Shown here: positions 58,129 to 64,000 of the stretch, piece after piece
Layout of the letters: every line of letters begins with the position of its first letter
Numbering within the stretch: position 1 is the first letter of the stretch
Assembly (NCBI GenBank): GCA_963666365.2
Contig: CAXXNF010000002.1
Coordinates: forward strand, 64,001-128,000
Direction: 5' to 3'
DNA: 64,000 bases
From: Syntrophales bacterium
GTDB lineage: Bacteria > Desulfobacterota > Syntrophia > Syntrophales > UBA2210
The notes under the pieces: generated by a model
What the model was told of the DNA's origin: nothing
The model's input: the letters and a program-made list of their open reading frames with translations, nothing else
The model's database searches: none
Position numbers and translations under genes: made by a program

Positions 58129-59757
58129 TTACGGTGTATAAAGCACCACCAGACAGCGGGTGGTTTCGTCGGAGATGCTTTTCAGCCTGTGAGGGATTTC
58201 TGAGTTGAAACGGATCGATTCATGGGGTTTGAGGCGGTGGTTCTTGCCGCCCAGGGTAAGCTCCAGCGTTCCTTCCATGACGTATATGAACTCCTCCCCC
58301 TCGTGCTTATAGGCCACGGGTTTGTGGGCCTGCCATGGTTCGATGGTCACCATAAAGGAACGGAGGTGCTCCTGTCCGCCATCCGGCGTCAATGTTCGAT
58401 ATGAATAATTCTGTGTTCTCGTCACGAATTCCTGAACCCGCCGTTCCCTGATTTCCTTTTTTTCGCGGTTCGACAGGAATGTATCCGGATTGATCTTGAG
58501 AATCTGGGAGAGCCGAAGGAGAAAGGCAACCGAAGGCGATGTTTCATCATCTTCGAATTGTGCGATGGCTTCAGGCGTCTGCCCGGTGGCCTGTGCCAGT
58601 GATTCCGGTGTGAATCCGTGGGTCTCACGAAGTGTGCGAAGCTTTTCTCCAAAGGTCGCCGGGCGGTCGCCGTCGGCTTCTTTCCGAGCATCCTGAAGGC
58701 TGTCGGCAAGACCGCGCATGACGGTCTGTCTGATCTTGGCCGTCAAAAGGGGCAGAATTGATGCGGCATCGGCGATGATTCCGATATCGGCCAGCTCAAA
58801 AATGGGGGCCATCGGATCGCGGTTGATGGCGATTATGGTTTCCGATTCGGTGATGCCGGCGGTGTACTGCACCGCGCCGGAGGTTCCCACCGAGATGAGC
58901 AGGCGCGGCCTGATCGTCTTGCCTGTCTGACCGATCAGACAGTCCTCCCGAGTCCAGTGCAAAAGGACCGGCGGGCGCGAGGCGCCCAGTTCGCCACCCA
59001 GGGCGGAGGCAAGTTCACGTACAAGGGCAAAGCCTTCGGTTGAACCAAGACCGGCGCCTCCCACTACGACGATGTCGGCATCTTCCAGTTTTTTTTGCGA
59101 TGCCGGTTCCAGCGATCGTTCGATAAGGGTGATCCCGTCGGCCCGGGATGGCGCCGGAAGGGCCATCGGAATCAGGATTCCCTGATGTCCTGACACTTCA
59201 TAAAGCGCCTGTTCCCGAGGCTGCACGGTGGCGAACCCCGGCTTCCGGTAATTTTCAGTATAGGTTATTTCGGCCAGCACTTCCCCTCCCCAGGAGGGGC
59301 AGGCGGCGATGAACCGGTTGTCCCGCAGGGAGATGTCAATACAATCAGCGATCAGTCCCGCATTGCAAAGGCGAGCTGTCCGGGCGGCGAGTTCGCGGCC
59401 GAAATCGCTGAGGGGGAAGAGGACAAGCAGCGGACTTTTCGCTGTGACCGCATGGCTGAGAATCGGTGCAAAGAGATCCGTACGCGCTATGGCAAGGACC
59501 TCGTCATCGAAGAGGTATACATGATCGGCGCCGTGGGCGATCAGGCGTTTTGCAGTGTCATCCATGGGCACTTCATCGCCCGTGAGAAGATCCGCCTGTT
59601 TGCGGTTGTGTTGCGATGAACCCGCAAGGATCGCGCCTGTTTTGGCCGGCAGTGCTTCGCCTAAACGGCGGGCCAGCGACAGAATCCTGAGGCTCTCCGT
59701 GAAGTGCCGTTCGTTCCTCCTGTCGGCGAAAACCCATAGTTCTTTTTCATGCGTCAT
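58129..59757 (-). CDS. etfA: Electron transfer flavoprotein alpha subunit fused to XRE helix-turn-helix and cupin domains
   Basis: VVGGAG, GASRP, IGQTGKTIRP, GTSGAVQY, INRDPMAPIF; then FGEKLRTLRETHGFT...SPSVAFLLRLS (HTH) and HEGEEFIYVMEG (cupin). Confidence 0.9.
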   Translation of the reverse strand: MTHEKELWVFADRRNERHFTESLRILSLARRLGEALPAKTGAILAGSSQHNRKQADLLTGDEVPMDDTAKRLIAHGADHVYLFDDEVLAIARTDLFAPILSHAVTAKSPLLVLFPLSDFGRELAARTARLCNAGLIADCIDISLRDNRFIAACPSWGGEVLAEITYTENYRKPGFATVQPREQALYEVSGHQGILIPMALPAPSRADGITLIERSLEPASQKKLEDADIVVVGGAGLGSTEGFALVRELASALGGELGASRPPVLLHWTREDCLIGQTGKTIRPRLLISVGTSGAVQYTAGITESETIIAINRDPMAPIFELADIGIIADAASILPLLTAKIRQTVMRGLADSLQDARKEADGDRPATFGEKLRTLRETHGFTPESLAQATGQTPEAIAQFEDDETSPSVAFLLRLSQILKINPDTFLSNREKKEIRERRVQEFVTRTQNYSYRTLTPDGGQEHLRSFMVTIEPWQAHKPVAYKHEGEEFIYVMEGTLELTLGGKNHRLKPHESIRFNSEIPHRLKSISDETTRCLVVLYTP

Positions 59758-59775
59758 AATTTTTGTGCATCCATT

Positions 59776-60552
59776 TCAGCCGATGAGTCCGGATTTCCTG
59801 ATGGCGTCAACAAGCGCCGCTGCCTGTGTTTCCACCGGCCCTCCGATAAATTCGCAGTGCCGCTCCCGCGCTGCCTGCTTCAATGAAAAGACCTCTGTGA
59901 GAGAACCGTTCTTTCCGACGCGGTCTTCTTGAAGATCGAGGTCTTCAAGCGACCACGTGATGATTTCTTTCTGTGTGTAGGCCTCTTCGATGTGTGCGAG
60001 CGGGATATCCCGGGGGATGCAGGCGGTGGGATGCACGGTAAGGGCGGTCGGGAAACTCAGCGCGTAGAGTTCTCTAAACTCGTCTATTTTTCGTTCCACC
60101 CGGCAGGAGTCGTCCTTCCATTCACAGACAAGGACGCCTGTGACAATGGGAATGCCCAGGGCCTCCGCCGTCTGCGGTCCCACGTGGCCGGTGTCGCTGT
60201 CGGCCGCTCTGGCCCCGAATATCACCAGATCATAGGGGGCGAGTCTGGTAATTGCTGCGGCGAGCGCCGTGGATGTTGCCAGGGTGTCCGAATCGGCGAA
60301 ACGAGTGTCGCTGAGAAGCACTCCCCCGGATGCGCCCATGGCCATAGCCTCGTAGAGCGCAAAGGCGCAGGACGGAGGTCCCATGGTAATAACCGTCAGG
60401 GCGCCTGCGCGGGTCTCGGCAATGGCCAGCGCCTTTTCAAGGGCTATGCGGTCGAAGGGGTTCAGCACTGCCGTGTCGGAGTTGCGGCCTGCGCCTTTCC
60501 CCGATGCGTGTAACGTGACGGCCTTGATGCACACAATGCAATGAAATTTCAT
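59776..60552 (-). CDS. etfB: Electron transfer flavoprotein beta subunit
   Basis: VCIKAV, LNPFDRIALE, TMGPP, DTLATS, DSDTGHVGP. Confidence 0.93.
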   Translation of the reverse strand: MKFHCIVCIKAVTLHASGKGAGRNSDTAVLNPFDRIALEKALAIAETRAGALTVITMGPPSCAFALYEAMAMGASGGVLLSDTRFADSDTLATSTALAAAITRLAPYDLVIFGARAADSDTGHVGPQTAEALGIPIVTGVLVCEWKDDSCRVERKIDEFRELYALSFPTALTVHPTACIPRDIPLAHIEEAYTQKEIITWSLEDLDLQEDRVGKNGSLTEVFSLKQAARERHCEFIGGPVETQAAALVDAIRKSGLIG

Positions 60553-60563
60553 CCGTTCAAATC

Positions 60564-61715
60564 CTAAGGTGCGTATTCATCGAGAATCCTCCTGGCGATC
60601 ACCACGCGGTGAATTTCCGATGTTCCCTCATAGATGCGCGTGACCCGGGCATCGCGATAGTATCGTTCGACGGCGTAGGCTTTAGAATAGCCATATCCCC
60701 CGTGAATCTGCACGGCTTTGTCGGTTACCGTGCTCGATGCCTCCGATGCGAAAAGCTTTGCCATGGCCGCTTCTTGGGAGAAGGGACTCCCGGTGTCCCG
60801 GAGTATTGCCGTTCGATACACCAGAAGCCGTGCGGCGTCTACTGTCGTTGCCATGTCGGCGAGCATGATCTGAATCGCCTGGTGATTTCCTATGGGAACG
60901 CCGAACTGTCGCCGCTGACGGGCGTAGCGGGCCGATGCTTCCAAGGCCGCTTGGGCGATGCCCAAGGCCTGGGCGGCAATGCCCATGCGCCCCGTATCGA
61001 GGGTTGCAAGGGCGATTTGAAGTCCCGTGCCTTCCTTTCCCAAAAGGTTTTCCAGAGGTACCGGGCAGTCATAAAGGCGCAGGGAGCATACGGGATTTGC
61101 ACGCATGCCGGAAAGGTCTTCCAGATCTCCCACCACGAACCCTGGAGTGCCCCGCTCTGCTATGATGACGCTGATGCCCTTTCTTCCGGCGGCAGGGTCA
61201 GTACGTGCAAAGATGAGACATACATCGGCGACGGCGCCGTTTGATACAAAAACCTTGTTCGCGTTGACCAGGTAGAAGGTGTCCTTTCGCAGCGCCGTTG
61301 CCTCAATGGCTGCGGCGTCGGAGCCCGCATTCGGTTCGGTCAGGCAGAAGGCGCCGATTTTTTCGCCTCGGGCCAGAGAGGGGACCCATCGCCTTTTCTG
61401 GTCGTCAGTGCCGAAGTGCAGAATGGGATAGACTGCCACACTGTTGTGGACGGTCACCGTAAGCCCCATGGCACCGCTGGCGCGGGAGATTTCTTCTATG
61501 GTAACGGCATAGCTGAGAGAGTCGAGATCCGCTCCGCCATATTCCTTCGGCGCCTGCACGCCGAAATATCCAAGTTTCCCCATTATTTCAACTACTTCCC
61601 AGGGAAAGCGGGATTCCTGATCGATGGCGCCCGCGATGGGCGCAAGCTCCCGGTCGCAGAAGGATCTGACCGATCGGCGGACGGTACGCTGCTTTTCTGA
61701 TAAAAGAGTATTCAT
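60564..61715 (-). CDS. Acyl-CoA dehydrogenase (short-chain/butyryl-CoA type)
   Basis: FCLTEPNAGSDA, QIHGGYGY, RIYEGTSEI; ATG 61715 is the likely start. Confidence 0.95.
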   Translation of the reverse strand: MNTLLSEKQRTVRRSVRSFCDRELAPIAGAIDQESRFPWEVVEIMGKLGYFGVQAPKEYGGADLDSLSYAVTIEEISRASGAMGLTVTVHNSVAVYPILHFGTDDQKRRWVPSLARGEKIGAFCLTEPNAGSDAAAIEATALRKDTFYLVNANKVFVSNGAVADVCLIFARTDPAAGRKGISVIIAERGTPGFVVGDLEDLSGMRANPVCSLRLYDCPVPLENLLGKEGTGLQIALATLDTGRMGIAAQALGIAQAALEASARYARQRRQFGVPIGNHQAIQIMLADMATTVDAARLLVYRTAILRDTGSPFSQEAAMAKLFASEASSTVTDKAVQIHGGYGYSKAYAVERYYRDARVTRIYEGTSEIHRVVIARRILDEYAP

Positions 61716-62006
61716 CGGGCGCCTCTGATCATTGTGAAGAATGAAGAAGGAAAGTACCAGAAATAAAACCACAAGTCAATGCGGACTGCGTCAAACTTTC
61801 CCCCGGCAATCAACCGATACTTGCCCGGTATTTATTAGGTATTGCATTTTCTATACCCTTATGTTTTGTAGGTGTTCCAGGCATATCGCAAGGGAACGGT
61901 GCGGAAGAAGGCCCGCAGGTTTCTTTTTCTGCTTTCAATCATAGCGGTAAACGCAGACCCTATCCGCTTCAGGGGATTGCGGAAAATAAAAAAGGAGGAC
62001 AGGCAT

Positions 62007-63659
62007 ATGAAGGGAAGACCTTGGCAGGAATACTATGACTATAATGCACCCACGGCGATACGGTATCCCAAGATACCGGTCCCGGAGCTTTTGCAGATAC
62101 CGGCCAATGTGTTTCCGAATAAACCGGCCATTATGTATGAAGGCGCCGCCATCGGGTTTCGGGAACTGCGCCGCATGGTTATACGTATGGCCAATGTCCT
62201 TCATGACATGGGTGTTCGAAAGGGGGACCGGGTGGGGATGCACCTGCCAAATTGTCCCCAATATACGATTGCCTATTATGCATCACTTTCGCTGGGGGCG
62301 ATCCTGGTCAACCTCAATCCCGCCTATCCGAAGGAGGAGCTTTCGCTGATTATGTCCGATACGGGACTTTCGGCACTCTTCACGATCGACGAGGCGGCGC
62401 CCGTCATCGGGGAGGTATCAAAAGAGAAGCCGATTCCCCGGATCATAGTCACGAACAGGCACGAGTACGCCGAAAAAAAGTCGTCGGGTATCAACGCCGA
62501 ACTCAAGGAAGGATGGTATTCCTTTACGGAACTCCTCAGCCGCTGCACCAATGAAACGCGGCCCCGCGTCCAGGTCGGTCCGAAAGATCCCGCCGTGATC
62601 CAGTATACCGGGGGAACCACGGGGGTGCCCAAAGGGGCGGTCCTCACGCATGCAAACCTTGTGGCGGCCGTCATGCAGGTCTCTCCCCGTATGTTCCCGA
62701 TTATGCAGTTTATCCCCCCTGAACGGCGTTCCGCACTCATAATTATTCCGCTCTACCATGTGTACGGAAACCTGATATCAAACTGGTCGCTCTTCAACTG
62801 CGTGACGCAGATTCAGGTGCCCCGGTTTCAGTTGGACGAAGTGGTCGGTCTGCTTGAGCGGGTCGACGAGATCACTTATTTCCCCGCCGTCCCCACCATG
62901 CTGACGGCGCTCGTCAACCATCCGAAGGTACAGGAACTCGAGCTTCTGCAGAAGATTCACATCATCAATTCCGGCGCAGCCCCCTGTCCCGTCGAACTGA
63001 TAGAGCGTCTTCGGGATATGGGCGTATTTATTACCGAAGCCTATGGTATGAGCGAAACGGCATCGCTGGCGATGGCAAACCCCATCCTGGGCGTCAAGAA
63101 ACCGGGGAGTATCGGCATTCCTGTGCCCGACAACGAGGTAAAGCTCGTTGACATCGATGATGGAAGCACCGAAGTGCAGCGGGGAGAGCCCGGAGAGATC
63201 GTTATCAAGGGGCCTACGGTGATGAAAGAATACTGGAACAACCCGGAAGAAACGGCGGGACAGCTCGAGGACGGCTGGCTTCATACGGGAGATATCGCCG
63301 TGCAGGATGAAGATTATTTTTTCTACATCGTGGATCGCAAAAAGGACATGATCATCGCAGGGGGATTCAACATCTACCCACGGGAAGTGGACGAGGTGCT
63401 CTATCAGCATTCAAAGATTCAGGATGCCGTTACCGTGGGTGTCCCTCATGAATATCGCGGTGAAACAGTAAAGGTCTTTGTAGTGTTGCGAAAGGGGGAA
63501 AGAGCTACTGCAGAGGAGATTATCGCCTTTTGCAGGGAAAAGCTCGCGCCCTACAAGGTGCCGCGGGAAGTGGAATTTCGGGAATCGCTTCCCCAGTCGA
63601 CGGCGGGGAAAATTCTTCGTAAAGTGCTGCGCGAAGAGGAGCTTGCAAAGAAAAAATAG
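62007..63659 (+). CDS. fadD: Long-chain-fatty-acid--CoA ligase
   Basis: YTGGTTGVPKG, AYGMSE, GWLHTGD, DRKKDMII, GKILRK; AGGAGG precedes ATG 62007. Confidence 0.92.
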   Translation: MKGRPWQEYYDYNAPTAIRYPKIPVPELLQIPANVFPNKPAIMYEGAAIGFRELRRMVIRMANVLHDMGVRKGDRVGMHLPNCPQYTIAYYASLSLGAILVNLNPAYPKEELSLIMSDTGLSALFTIDEAAPVIGEVSKEKPIPRIIVTNRHEYAEKKSSGINAELKEGWYSFTELLSRCTNETRPRVQVGPKDPAVIQYTGGTTGVPKGAVLTHANLVAAVMQVSPRMFPIMQFIPPERRSALIIIPLYHVYGNLISNWSLFNCVTQIQVPRFQLDEVVGLLERVDEITYFPAVPTMLTALVNHPKVQELELLQKIHIINSGAAPCPVELIERLRDMGVFITEAYGMSETASLAMANPILGVKKPGSIGIPVPDNEVKLVDIDDGSTEVQRGEPGEIVIKGPTVMKEYWNNPEETAGQLEDGWLHTGDIAVQDEDYFFYIVDRKKDMIIAGGFNIYPREVDEVLYQHSKIQDAVTVGVPHEYRGETVKVFVVLRKGERATAEEIIAFCREKLAPYKVPREVEFRESLPQSTAGKILRKVLREEELAKKK

Positions 63660-63766
63660 GGACACTTCCCTATTTAAAAGCGTTTGGAGCGTTTAGAGTG
63701 TTTTGACAACAGCAACGATCTAAACGTTCATAACGTTACTGACGATTTAAAAGGGAAGTGTCCCTA
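63657..63766. repeat. 110-bp inverted-repeat element between convergent genes
   Basis: TAGGGACACTTCCCT (63657-63671) / AGGGAAGTGTCCCTA (63752-63766), plus inner GCGTTTAGA/TCTAAACGT pairing. Confidence 0.85.
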
Positions 63767-64000
63767 ATAAAGGATTTCGATCCGGCGGGCGAGATTTATG
63801 AGCAGGCCGAGATCATCTTCTTTAAGGGCCAGGTCGCAGAGGGTTGCCTGATCCGCCTTTTCCAGCATGCCTAAAAAGAGGCGCTCCTGGGATGATGCGA
63901 GGGAGGAATCATACACATTTATCATCAGCTCCGATTCCAGATAGGCGCTTCTGATGGAGAGATTGAAGGAGCCGATGCTCAACAAAGCGCCGTCAATGAT
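63764..64000 (-). CDS. C-terminus of phospholipase D/cardiolipin synthase-family protein (partial)
   Basis: IIDGALLSIGSFNLSIRSAYLESELMI matches the tail of an HKD motif (D...GSxN...S...E). Confidence 0.8.
   Translation of the reverse strand: MIDGALLSIGSFNLSIRSAYLESELMINVYDSSLASSQERLFLGMLEKADQATLCDLALKEDDLGLLINLARRIEILY

Overview
Bacterial chromosomal segment; the gene content (Hcp, W/Mo-AOR, ETF, DUF1538/P-II, a CFI-type C-terminal tail) suggests an anaerobic Desulfobacterota/Syntrophales-like organism, which is an inference. The first 38 kb is a surface-protein locus. It holds the tail of a paralogous gene, then a ~33-kb gene (753-33829, ~11,020 aa once five +1 frameshifts are removed). This gene has an N-terminal LEPR-XLL-like motif, a beta-solenoid backbone with looped-in modules, two near-identical tandem DNA arrays (684 and 645 bp) and an Fn3-like end. 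A beta-propeller/dockerin-like gene and a 14x FG-GAP gene ending GGSGGCFI follow closely. The middle (37.8-47.8 kb) is a decaying region: a DUF1538/P-II operon broken at a 48-bp palindrome plus an istB fragment, an hcp pseudogene with a hidden 2Fe-2S ferredoxin remnant, a dead IS110, and several copies of a GGGGACAGTATACTTAATTC inverted-repeat element. The right part holds an SDR/ThDP-enzyme/MFS/DASS/ADH/AOR/TetR operon, an AcfC-like binding protein, an acyl-CoA dehydrogenase/EtfB/EtfA-XRE-cupin cluster, an acyl-CoA ligase and the end of a PLD-family gene. All family calls come from motifs recognised by eye; no database searches were run.
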